Assembly: GCF_003918875.1 (NCBI RefSeq)
Contig: NW_025765163.1
Location: forward strand, 62,001 to 126,000
Direction of reading: 5' to 3'
Length of the DNA stretch: 64,000 bases
Source of the DNA: Haliotis rubra
Lineage: Eukaryota
Below, in pieces: positions 25,313 to 37,473 of this stretch. The stretch's first letter is position 1, and each line of letters opens with the position of its first letter. The translations under genes were made by a program, and so were the position numbers. Below the pieces are notes generated by a model. That model searched no databases and was not told the origin of the DNA. It saw only the letters and a program-made list of their open reading frames with translations.

Positions 25313-27383
25313 ATGATGGGGTCATGGTGGGTGCACATACTTATTCTGGTGAGCAAAATATTATTTGGTTGTTCTTGTCATTTGTAGTTTATCTTAAGAT
25401 ATACATGTAGATATACGTGGGAGTTTGTTTTTGTTGCTTAACGCCGAACATAGCAATAAATCAGCAATATGATGTCTGTCAGTGAATAATCGATCCGACA
25501 ATCCAGTGATTAACATTAAGAGCATCGTTTAACGCAACGGGAATACGATGACATATATCAGTATATATGGACTATGACTGCATCCCATTGTTGTACAGTT
25601 GTTGAAGACCAGTTGTAACCCGGATCTTCATGGGGGTGTTGGAGGTCAGATGGCGTATTTGTTTGTCTTCCTATCTGTCGCCATGTTTTACTCCGATAGT
25701 TATCACATCATGGCTTTATTTCTTCAGATTAAACAATCGTATATGTGATTTTTTCAGAGCACCGGACTGATATTCGGAACTATTTCACAAACAAGTGAGT
25801 GTAACGTCATTTACAATCTCATGTGCTGTCTTCACTATCATTCACAATGAAGCCTTCATAAACGTTGTTGAGCAATGAACATTTATATGTTGTTTCATTA
25901 AAAGTAAGTGGTATCTGCACATGTGTTATTACAGGTGGTTCCTGCAACGAGAGATGTTCCTACTGTCTTGGAACAAAGTGTCGGGAATGTCTCTACGGCT
26001 GGTATGGACGAGACTGTAATGACAAATGCAGTGAGTATTGCTGGCATGGTGGATGTGAGAGGATAACAGGACGTTGTTATCAGTGTGTTCCTGGAAGACA
26101 CTCAGGTGACTGTACCCAACTCTGCTCTCATCACTGCAGTGAGAATAGCAACGGACAGGTCAACTGTGACATAACGACTGGAAACTGTTTGGAGGATTGC
26201 GTGGAAGGAAGGTGGGGTCCACGATGCCAGTATAGATGTCCAGACAACTGCAAAGAAGACCTTTGCTACAAAGAGGATGGAGGGTGTCTGAGAGGCTGCG
26301 TTGATGGATTTCATGGTTCCATGTGTAAAGATCAGTGCTCCGAAGGTTGTTTGAACTCCACATGCCAATGGTTCACTGGCAAATGTACACATGGATGTAA
26401 GAACGGTTACCTTGGCTCCACGTGTTTGTACCCAATGGCCAGACACTGCCTCAACCAGGCTTACTATGCCGAACACCATACCGTGGCGTGTACTGATGGG
26501 TGTGACGATGGTTACACTTCAGAAACATGTAACGAAACATGTAACACTGGGTGTCTTAAATGTCACCAGTATTCAAAGACATGTTTGTCATGTATCTCCG
26601 GATTGTATGGCGACAAATGCCAAATCGAATGCAGTATGACATGCAATGAGTTGAACTGTGACATGTCAGGTGGATGTGACAAAGGGTGTACCCCGGGTTT
26701 CCGCGGTGTATATTGTAATGACACCTGTCCATACAACTGTTTGTCATGTAGTCAGCATACCGAGACGTGTACAGATTGTAAGGTGGGATATACTGGCCCT
26801 GAGTGTACGGAGGTGGACACATACAACGCGCTGGACGTCACAGGTAATGTTGCTACATGTATATACTGAAACATAAACTGGTAATAAACCACAGGAATGA
26901 GGCCGACATAAATGTGACTAATAGCAATATTTTTTTAACCCAAAAAGCCAGATATGCATTAATATTGTTGATGTATTCGGAGAGTATGGTGGGTTCACAG
27001 CATGAATTACCTGACAGTGTGTAATTTCGTCCAGATTAACGCATATCCATAGCATAAACTAATCGTTGTTTTAGAGTAACACCATTTGCAAACACCTCTA
27101 ACCTGCGTCCGGTTTAATGAGGTTTAACTTTTTCATGCCCTTTCGTAACATGCCTTTTTCAGTATTACTAAGCAATACATTAAATGTCATGAATAGTCAC
27201 ATGTTCTTGATAGTACTCACACCATGTGAAAATCGCACATTGCTCTCCACAACAGTTGAAATGTATGTTCACGTTCAGTCAGTGCCTGTTGCTTTTTCAG
27301 ACACAGTGTCACACAACGAGGCCTGCATCTTGCTAACACTAATAATGTGTACCGTAGCGCTCATCAGACATCCCGGTATATAA
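25313..27383 (+). CDS. Gene D: multi-EGF protein with GPI-signal-like C-terminus, about 354 aa; exons 25313-25348, 25758-25794, 25935-26843, 27301-27383
   Basis: Signal MMGSWWVHILIL|STGLIFGTISQT. 909-nt EGF exon. Terminal exon DTVSHNEACILLTLIMCTVALIRHPGI*. Phases 0,1,1; 1065 nt in frame. Confidence 0.88.
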
Positions 27384-27479
27384 TGGAACCTTGAACCACC
27401 ATCTTAGAGGTTACTATCAGCCATGTCGATGTGGACAGAGCGATTCCTTTTTGGACTTTTCATCTTCAGGGAGTAGGTT

Positions 27480-29098
27480 TCTGTAGTTTCTAAGTCAAAA
27501 ACTAATTGTATATACTTCTGTAGAAAATATAAACCGCAAATGAGGATCTGTATTAAAACAAATCTTCACTAATTCCACTTCTTGGAATACGTACTAAACC
27601 TTTTCTTTCTGCTGCCGGCATTGAGCTGGAAAATATAGCTCCTTCCCGTCTTCCTTCTTCTCCTCCTTGGCAATTGGTTAGGCCACACGTTGACCTAACG
27701 TTAACCACATTTAATAAATGAGAAATTAATTAATTACAATATAAACAAGAATTTAATCAATTAAAAACATAAATATAATACATACAAATCCGTATTTACA
27801 GATGGGTCCAAGGATGGTGGCGCGGTTGCTTGTGCCACTGTCATTGGATCCAGAACAATATCTTCTCGATTGCCTGATAATAGTTCTATTTATTAACAGC
27901 CTTAAAATATATTAATATACACCTTAAAGTTAAACAATACATCATATTTTCAGACTCTCATTTTTGCCTTTAGGCTCTTAAAAATCTTTCTTTCAAACAT
28001 CCACTTTTAACTGAAATTATTGAATTATGCCATGATCTTGCTACTGGCCAATAATACATCGTCTTCTGTTGGTTACCCAGCCACGTTGGCATTTCTGGGA
28101 ACATAATGGCTGATCCTGCTGCCAAGGCAGCACTCATCAAATCTGTGACATCACTTCTCATTCCATACTCTGATTACAAAGCTAGCATTAGAACCTTACA
28201 TCCTTGATCTGATGCAGAAGAAGTGGGACACCCAGGTAGGTATCAATAAATTACATGCAATAAAACCCTATATCGGTTACACCTACTTGGGTTGTCAGTC
28301 CAGATTTGAAGAGGTCATCATGTGATGATGTCGCATTGGCCATACTAGATATACTCACGAATATTTATTGAAAGGCGAAGATCATCCGTTTTGTATCCCT
28401 TGTGATGAGAGGATCACGGTCAAGCATGTCTTGCTTGACTGCATTGACTATTCCATCACAAGGGATACTATTTAAAATCACGAACTATGAAGGATCTGTT
28501 TAATAATATAAGTTCTCATTTGATTATTGCATTTTTAAAAGAATTAGATTTGTTGAATGATTTGTAAATAGATAAATATGTTTGGAAGTTTATATTAGTA
28601 ACTTCGATTGTGAGTGGCTGTATCCTCAAAGGGCGTTAAAGTACTGTAAAATTATTGTCCTCCTGAGAGGATACGTAAGTCCCAAAACATTCAAAGTAAA
28701 TTAAAACTTTCCACGTTTTTAATCGTAGAATACGTGTCTTTTTAATGTAATGATGTCCTAAATTGCTAACGGCTGAAGGGATGGTGTAAATCCAACTAGG
28801 GTCCATGCAGGAAACAAATGTACTGTAAGTCCCCATGGTCCCTAGTATGGTGATCTACCTTCAGTTGTTGGCAATATATAGCCTGTTTTTATATTGTATT
28901 GTCATCTATAGTTAAACTGTTTTAGATCTTATTGCTAGTTTTAAGTTCGAACATGTGATAATCTAGTTATTTTACTGTCATTCGGTGACATGTTTTTACA
29001 ATTTATCATTAATTACTATGTATAAAATTAATTGTTCTCGTCATGATATGGCTGAAATATTGCCGATGTGACGATAAATTTTAACTCACTCACTCACT
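27480..29098 (+). mobile_element. Degenerate 3' part of an I-clade (Nimb-like) non-LTR retrotransposon: post-RT region, RNase H, 3' UTR, (ACTC)n tail
   Basis: Translates FSKSKTNCIYFC, PSSPPWQL, IYTDGSK-like (RIFTDGSK/..YTDGSKDGGAVAC), IVFCWLPSHVGISGNIMADPAAKAA and RCRIGHTRYTHEYLL with stops and frameshifts. Ends gccgatgtgacgataaattttaactcactcact. Confidence 0.9.
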
Positions 29099-29111
29099 AA
29101 CTCTAAGATAC

Positions 29112-30017
29112 TGTGGTGAGCCAGATAAAGGTATCTGTGTAGTTGGTTCTTTATCATGATTGTTGCAGTGTTTAACTTACATTGTCGTTGTGCGATTTTA
29201 AAATGTGTATTTATGAGATTCTGCTCATGGACAGCTTCCTATTGCATACTGTGATATACTCTAGTTTACAGCTGCAACTCGTTTAACTGCGTTATCCTCT
29301 GTAGAATACAGCTGTCCGACACATTTACTATGATGTACTGAGTACAGTACAGCTGCCATACAATGTACTGTGGTATATTCTAGTTTACAGCTGCCACACA
29401 ATGCTGTCCGACATATTTACTGTGATGTACTACAACTGCCTCACAATGAATGATACTCTGCTGAATGACCACTTGATGGATGAAATGATCTTATAATTGT
29501 CAGGGACAATATGCTGGACCTGGATACATTATAACATTCTGTCATAGCAACGGATTCAGGACAACTGTTGTACAAATAATTCCAAAGACCAAAAACCATG
29601 TATGACTTAATTGCAACTACTTATATGACGTTAACCTCCGTTCGTAATCCTCACCACCACTGTATTCCTGACTTGTCAGCCAGCCCTTGCTACATTGTCA
29701 TTTTCATCAACCTTAGTTGGCCACACCTTTGGCCGTGTTTGCCATCACATCATTGTCTCTTTATCTGTCCATTGTTGTTTCTTCGTCTGTACATTGTTCC
29801 TTTTGAATATCTGTTTATGTTTCCACCTATTCCGACTGCCTGTGTAAGGACGACCATGAGCAGGATGTGCCACTGGTAGGAAACTGTAGGTTGAGCTGGA
29901 ACCACCCACTGCTGTATTTGTGTGTTGCTTCTATAGCCAATAAAGAGGTTTGTATTTCCTCGTCTATCTCATCATCTTATTTTGTTGCTCTAGTTTGTAT
30001 TTTCCGGCTTACACACA
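29112..30017 (+). mobile_element. Putative solo LTR
   Basis: TG...CA ends with short inverted termini (tgtggtgagcc / ggcttacacaca) and AATAAA about 75 nt from the end. Its 3' part is repeated at 36097-36228. No clear TSD. Confidence 0.45.
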
Positions 30018-30966
30018 ACCAATCTGTGTTAACCAAACTATTTTTCTTTAGACATATATGACTTCATGGAGTAAGTTGAAAATGCTGGTGTAACAGACAG
30101 GGAGATGCAATGTAACATACATCAGATTGTAAGTTCTTCCTTCGATGTATCAACCAAAAAGCTGCTTGCATGTCCGCGATTTTGATATGGTTTCTTTCAT
30201 ATTCATATCAAACATTACACTGAAAGCTAACTTTAGAATTAGACGTATTCTTCACTAGATGAGTTAGAGCATGTTGGAACAATGCATGTATGCAATAGCT
30301 CCCCGTCTGAAAGGCTCTAGGCGTAAACATCCATAATTCATGTTGAACATAGATATTTCGTCTATTAGATCCAAGGTTCATTTGACAGGCCTTTAAGTAC
30401 CCTACAGCCTAGTCCAAGCATGTCCTTACTGAATTTGTTAGCATTAATATCATTTGATTAGAACAGATGTCATTGCTTCATCTGATTAACATAGTGTACA
30501 AGCTTTGATAGCACATATTCCTGACAGTCGGACCCATGATAACGATTATATGCATTGTAATGTATATTTACAACACTCAAAGTATACGATCAGTACAACA
30601 TGATGACACAGAGGTGTAAGACCAAACAGGTGCGAGATGCAACCTGCAGCCTTGCCAGACGTCTACTGTCTGCGTCAATTTGCAACTGCGTGTCATTGTT
30701 TAATGGTCAAAACTGCTTTAAACCACACTCACTAACACTGATGGTTATGGTGTAAAATATGAACGTGGCGACCAATAGAAAATTAAAGGATCAGCTGTAA
30801 TGGTGATTTAATGTATATGTGAATGGTGTATATGAAAGTCGTCACAGACTGTTGAATTGGTACAGGTTTGAGAAGCAAATGTCAACACTCAAATGGGGTC
30901 ACATAAATGAAAGTCAAACCCTGCTACACAAACCTACTACGAAGTTAAATTTCTGGAGAGCAGATA

Positions 30967-32369
30967 AACTAGGCGTCATTGATAAAGGTCAATTGATACA
31001 TAACACACAAGTTTCTCAGAAATAATAGAACTGAGAGTGTCACCACAATGTTTAATATGTTGACAAACGTGACACATCGATATCGTGACATACACATAAA
31101 CAGCACTACCAAACATCAGTTGAATAGACTAACCTAACAAAATGAACATGACAAACATGAAGCACTCGGACAATCAATATCTTGTGTACCTCCTCGCACG
31201 TCCAAGACACGGGTACATCTTGTTCTCATGCTCCTGAACTCATCAAGTTCATAAAGAAAGCTTGTGGAATCGTATTCCATTCCTCTACTTCAGCTCTGCG
31301 GAGTCCTGGGAGATCCACTGGTGCTGGGTGACGTGTGTACACATGTCAACTGAGGTCATCCCAGGCATGCTCAATTGGGTATAGGTCTGGCGAGCATGCT
31401 GGCCACTCCATCCGCTCTACACCCTGCTGCCTAAGGAATTCCGTGACAATCCTGGCCCTATGAGGCCAGGATGGTACTGCTATAGGAGCCAGAATCTCGT
31501 CCCGATAACGCTCTCCGGAAAGATTACCGTCGACCACGTGCCGTGGAGTACGTCCAATAGGAGTTATCCCTGCCCAAACCTTAACCGAATCCCCGCCAAA
31601 TCGGTTATGCGTGGCCACAGTTGCATTTTTGATTCGCTCTCCATTGAACTGAATCTGTGAAGAGCACACGAGACCATTGACGTTGATTCCAGCGACCATG
31701 ATGTGTACTTCATCTCAAACGCTCCTGCCTGTGACGTAGTGTTTGGCGAACTGCAGGACGCCTACAGCGGAGTCCGGTTGCCTTCAAACGTCGACGAACG
31801 GTACCCTGTATGTCTTACATATCTGTCTGAAGATCTGCTGCGTTAAGGAATCTGTTACGTAACGCAGTGTTAATCTTGTGCCTATCATCTCGGACTGCAG
31901 TGACTCGGGGCGACCTGGTCAACGTGCATATTCCACGGATCCAATGGCTTGAAAGCTCTGCCACAGTCTACCAATAGCACTCTGACTCACATTAAAGCGG
32001 ACAGCAACCTGCAGCTGAGTTTGACCAGATTCCAAAAGGCCTATAGCCTGACCCCTTTCAGCACGTGACAAAAACGTCTCGTTTTAGCTGCGATTTCAAA
32101 CAGGTACCTGAACAATGAACGACATTGAAAAAGCATCAATGCATGTGTATTGTCCTCCACTTTACATGGATAGAGCGATGTACACGTGCAAATCATTGAC
32201 ATTAAGTGGCAGGTGGACTTCCATATTGAAAATTTGAAACGTTAAAGAACGTAATAATGACATTTCAACGGCCTGATTTGTTTTTCCATACTGTTAAGAA
32301 AGTTTGTAAAAACAACCTTTAAGAAACAGTGTTACCAATAGCTTGACTCTTCATTAATGACGCCGAGTA
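30967..32369 (-). mobile_element. Degenerate Tc1/mariner transposon, about 1.4 kb, TA-flanked
   Basis: Minus-strand transposase remnants: HTH region (AIGLLESGQTQLQVAVRFNVSQSAIGRLW...PGRPRVT) and DDE region (GGDSVKVWAGI, PHRARIVTEFL...MEWPACSPDLYPIEHAWD). Imperfect TIRs act(a/c)ggcgtcatt(g/a)at. The paralogous site at about 36966-36971 is empty. Confidence 0.9.
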
Positions 32370-32821
32370 TATGAAGAAAAGTAAATCAGCTGCACAGGGT
32401 CGGCAATAGTGAAGTGTCGTACCCAGAAGAGGTGGATCGACATTCCCTTAATAGCCCCGGTGTTAAAAATATACATAACATGAAAGCAAACACCGGTGCA
32501 GCGTCATACAAATACTGTCTTGGCCTTCCCAAGGTCAACAGTCATGGCTCTTATCATTATAGTTGTTGGAACGTTTCCAACTTTTACATCAGAGTTAGAT
32601 ACTGATTTCAATATGACAAAAGAACGAGCAGGCAAAGGTATATGTGCGGCGCATACTTACAGTGGCGTGACCAATGTAGACAACGTATGATCTTTATTTA
32701 TACACACAAGCGACGTTAGACAGCGGATTGAAGTACATACCTCTAGTGAACAGACATTGCACACGATACTTTGCAAACCATTTCATTCCGTAGAAACGTC
32801 GATTGTGGTTTTTCAGACGTC

Positions 32822-34852
32822 ATGACGGAGCAATGGTGCTTTGTTGCCGCAATGGTAAGAAAAATTGATTGATTTACATTGATATTTCACTACAACCAAT
32901 ATATCAACAAAAGCACTCTGTGATTCTGTCCCAGGATTCTGGTTAGAATATATGTTTCCGAGTATAGTTCTGATATATCATATTATATGCAGATGTTTTA
33001 ACACTAATGTGACTCTTATGTTCACATAATAATGTATAGTTATGCATTTTTCATTCCAGTGTTTCAGTTTTGTGTTTGGATTTACTTTGGAACATGGAAG
33101 TAAGTATAACTTCAATGTATGGGTCATGCAATTGCTGCAAGGAAAGGTTGTACCTCATGATAACATGCAAGACATACTCCTTCGACATACTTGCATTTCG
33201 TAACGAAATGTAGTAACGTGTTCACTTGTTTTGTTGTACTGTGTGCTTGTACTCGGGACAAATAACACGGGAGTAGGTCAGTTTAAGGTGAAGGTCACAT
33301 CTGCAGCACCTCAGCTGTATAGCGAGGGACACAACACGTAACTATATTCTGCGTATAAGTGTCGCTCTATCTGAGATTTACTCTGGGCCATTGGTTCGTT
33401 GTGGAGTGGTATGTGCACTTTGTGCTGCCTGTGGACCGCCACAATAATTGACTGTTCCCAAAAAACAGAGAACGATCTGGGGAAAAGGTGCACACTTTTA
33501 TCAAAGGCATATATGTATATGCATATGTATTACAGGTGGCTCATGCAACGAGAGATGTTTATACTGCCAGGGAACAAAGTGTCGGGAATGTCTCTACGGC
33601 TGGTATGGACGACACTGTAATGACAAATGCAGTGAGTATTGCTGGCATGGTGGATGTGAGAGGATAACAGGACGTTGTCACCAGTGTGTTCCTGGAAGAC
33701 ACTCAGGTGATTGTACCCAACTCTGCTCTCATCACTGCAGGGAGAATAGCAACGGACAGGTCAACTGTGACATAACGACTGGAAACTGTTTGGAGGATTG
33801 CGTGGAAGGAAGGTGGGGTCCACGATGCCAGTATAGATGTCCTGCCAACTGCAAAGAAAATCTTTGCTACAAAGAGGATGGAGTGTGTCTGAGAGGCTGC
33901 GTTGATAGATTTCATGGCTTCATGTGTAAAAGTCAGTGTTCAGAAAGTTGTTGGAACTCCACATGCCAATGGTTAAATGGGAAATGTACACATGGATGTA
34001 AAACAGGTTATACTGGCTCAAAATGTTCCAATCCACGCACAAGACACTGTATGGATCCTGAATCCTATTTCATAGACGACCAGACATTGGTGTGTGAAGG
34101 TGGATGTAAGCCTGGTTGGACCGCGGCACACTGTGGAGACACTTGCACGGAGAGGTGTGAGATATGTCACCAGTTTGACAAAACATGCCAGCAGTGTCAG
34201 CCCGGATTTTATGGAGTAGCATGTCAACTTGAATGTGGCATGAACTGCAATCAAACACACTGTGACATGTCAGGTCGATGTGACAAAGGCTGTATGGGTG
34301 GCTTCCGCGGGGAATATTGCAACGAAACCTGTCCGTTCAACTGTTTAACGTGCAGTCAATGGCAAAATACATGTACACTCTGTAAACAAGGCTATACCGG
34401 TGACCAGTGCCTTGAGACCACCATTCCTGAAGTTGACCCCGCTACAGGTACCTCCCTATTGATCATCAAGTCATGATAAAAGACATCATATATTCTTTGG
34501 TTTAATATCCATGTGATCTGTGCCACAAATAGTACATATACTGTGCATTAACAACTTATATGTTTACTTCATCACATTGACAAGACCAATGCGATTATGT
34601 CGATGTCATTTGACACCATTTAGATCACAGGTACATTGTGCTATGAAATGAAATGAAATCTGACATGAATAAGGTTATATTTATTGATGGTTCGTGATAT
34701 GTTTTAAATATAAATGGCCAGACTGTTGGTACCAATATCGACACTGCTAACTGATACTTTGGGTTGTTGTTTCAGACGAGGGCGTGCACACACAGCCGAA
34801 CATCCAGACAGTACTGCTCCTTGTTTCTGTAGCTCGTATTATCAAAACCTGA
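32822..34852 (+). CDS. Gene E: multi-EGF protein with GPI-signal-like C-terminus, about 353 aa; exons 32822-32854, 33060-33099, 33536-34447, 34776-34852
   Basis: Signal MTEQWCFVAAM|CFSFVFGFTLEHG. 912-nt EGF exon. Terminal exon DEGVHTQPNIQTVLLLVSVARIIKT*. 1062 nt in frame; AATAAA near 35323. Confidence 0.9.
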
Positions 34853-37473
34853 AACATATAAGAACTTGTGTGATGTAGTGTTCAGGATAGTGCTTATCAG
34901 GGCGATCCCCAGGTATGAAACTCAGGGCAGCTCGAAGATGTTGTCGGAACTACCTCTCTCACCGGACAACAGTGTGGAACCAAGACTGTGAACACTGTGG
35001 ACAGGAAGTAGGAGTTCCACCCTTAACTACTGCGCTTCGTATTGGAGGAGACGACAGAGCTTTCTGGTTCTTGTAAACAAAAATCCAAGAGAGCTGATAT
35101 TGGCTTCACAACGGATGACATCGCTTGTTTCACTCTTAGGCCCGCCTGGTGGTCATCACGTCGTATTCCCGGGTTCCATTCTACGCATGTGAAGTCCATT
35201 TTGTTGTGCCCCGTGGTCATATTTCTGGAAAACTAAAAGGAGCGGCGCAAAAATGTATTCACTTACGTTAACTAAACTATGTACTAGTTTAAAGTCATAT
35301 GGAATTTCGTGTTACGATATCGAATAAAATATCTGTAACTATGAATTCAAGCTGATTATGTTCAATGCGAAAAGTCACGTATACATACTATGATAAAGTG
35401 AATATATAACTGACATTTGCAATATTAACACACATTGTTTAATTCAGCAACTTTAGCAAGTAACAACACACCTCTCTGTTTGGGTACTTTGTTAGTTTAA
35501 CGCCGCAATCTGCAATATCCCAGCTATATCACGGTGCTCTGTCAATAAGCGACATTCTGGACCAGACAACCATGTGACTGATTCCTTAGGAGTCGATATT
35601 TGCAACAGGGATACAATCATATGCATGTAGGAAGTCATCGAAATGGACCACCCGATCCCGTTAGTCACCCCTTAAGACAAACATGGGTTGCTTAAGACCA
35701 AATTCGCACCCGCATCTTTGGTCAGTAACACAGGAATACGAAACAGTTGTGTAGGAATGATAAAACGTTGTTACAACTGTGTTTCTTAGCGATTGTGAAA
35801 AGAACTAATGTAATGTCAAATGTCACTCAGTGTACAATACTGCCAAAAGATATCAACTGTTGTGGCTGCTGATGTTGAAATATGTGAGAGCTGCATCATT
35901 CACTGATGAGAGCTGCATCATTCACACAGACACACATCAGAAGGTCGCTGGTTCGATTCCCGGCCGCTGCATGCAAAACTACGGTAGTTGTTGTTACCGA
36001 GCCTGGTGCATTAAGGGGCTAAAACTGAGTGGGATATCCCAGACGGATACCACAGTAAAACATGCATTAGTCCAGACACATACTCATGCACGGACGTCTG
36101 TACATTGTTCCTGTACATTGTGTATTTGCTTATCATGTATTGTATAGCCAATAAAGAAGTTTGTATTTCCTCGTCTTTCACTTCATCTTATTTTGTTGTT
36201 CTAGATTGTATTTTCCGGCTTACACACAANNNNNNNNNNNNNNNNNNNNNNNNNNNNNNNNNNNNNNNNNNNNNNNNNNNNNNNNNNNNNNNNNNNNNNN
36301 NNNNNNNNNNNNNNNNNNNNNNNNNNNNNNNNNNNNNNNNNNNNNNNNNNNNNNNNNNNNNNNNNNNNNNNNNNNNNNNNNNNNNNNNNNNNNNNNNNNN
36401 NNNNNNNNNNNNNNNNNNNNNNNNNNNNNNNNNNNNNGTGTGTGTATTTGCGTGTGCGTGTGTGTATGTAGTGTTATGATGTGTGCATGCGTCTTTGTGC
36501 ATGCGTGGGTGTGAATATGTGTGTGTGAGTGTTTTAGATCCTGGGTCCATTTGTCGGGTCTTTGAAACAGCATAGTCCAAACATGTCCTTGATGACACAG
36601 AGGTGTAAGGCCCAATAGGTGCGAGATGCGACCTGTAGCCTCGCTAGACTTCTACTGTCGGTGTCAGTTTGCAACTGCTTGTCATTGAGTAATGGTCAAA
36701 ACTGCATTAAACCACACTCACTTACACTGGTGGTGATGGTGTGAAATATAAACATAAAAATTTGAACATGGCGACCAATATAGGAAATTAAGAGATCAGC
36801 TGTAATGGTGATTTAATGTATATGTGAATAATGTATATGGAAGTCGTCGCAGACAGTTGAATTGGTACAGATTTGAGGACTGTCAACACTCTAATGGGGT
36901 CTCATTAATAAAAGCCAAAACCTGCTACACAAAACTACAACGAAGTTAATTTTCTGGAGAGCAAATAACTATTAACAAAAGTAAATCGGGTGCACAGGCT
37001 CGGCAATAGTGAATTGCCGTACCAAGACGAGGTGGACCGATGTTCACTGGATTGTCAGCTCAGGGTTAGTTATTTACAGGCCGTCGATATACATAGCCCC
37101 GCTGTTAAATGTAACATGAAGGTGAACTCCGTTGCAACGGGATACGAATATAGTCCTGGCCTTCAGAGTCAACACTCGTGACTCTTATCATTATAGTTGT
37201 TGGAACGTTTCCAACTTTTACATAAGAGTTAGATACTGATTCGAATATACCTTTTGACCAAGTGTGGTAGACACTTACAGCGGTGCGATCAATGTAGACA
37301 ACGTATGATCTATATTTATACATGATTTTGGGCACAGTAGAGGCATTAGTCAGCGGATTGCAGTACATACCTCTAATGAGGAGCCATTGTGATACTTTTC
37401 AAACTGATTCAAACGTCTTTTTGTGTCTGTATCTTACATCATAACATCTGATTGTGTGTTTTTTTCTGACGTC

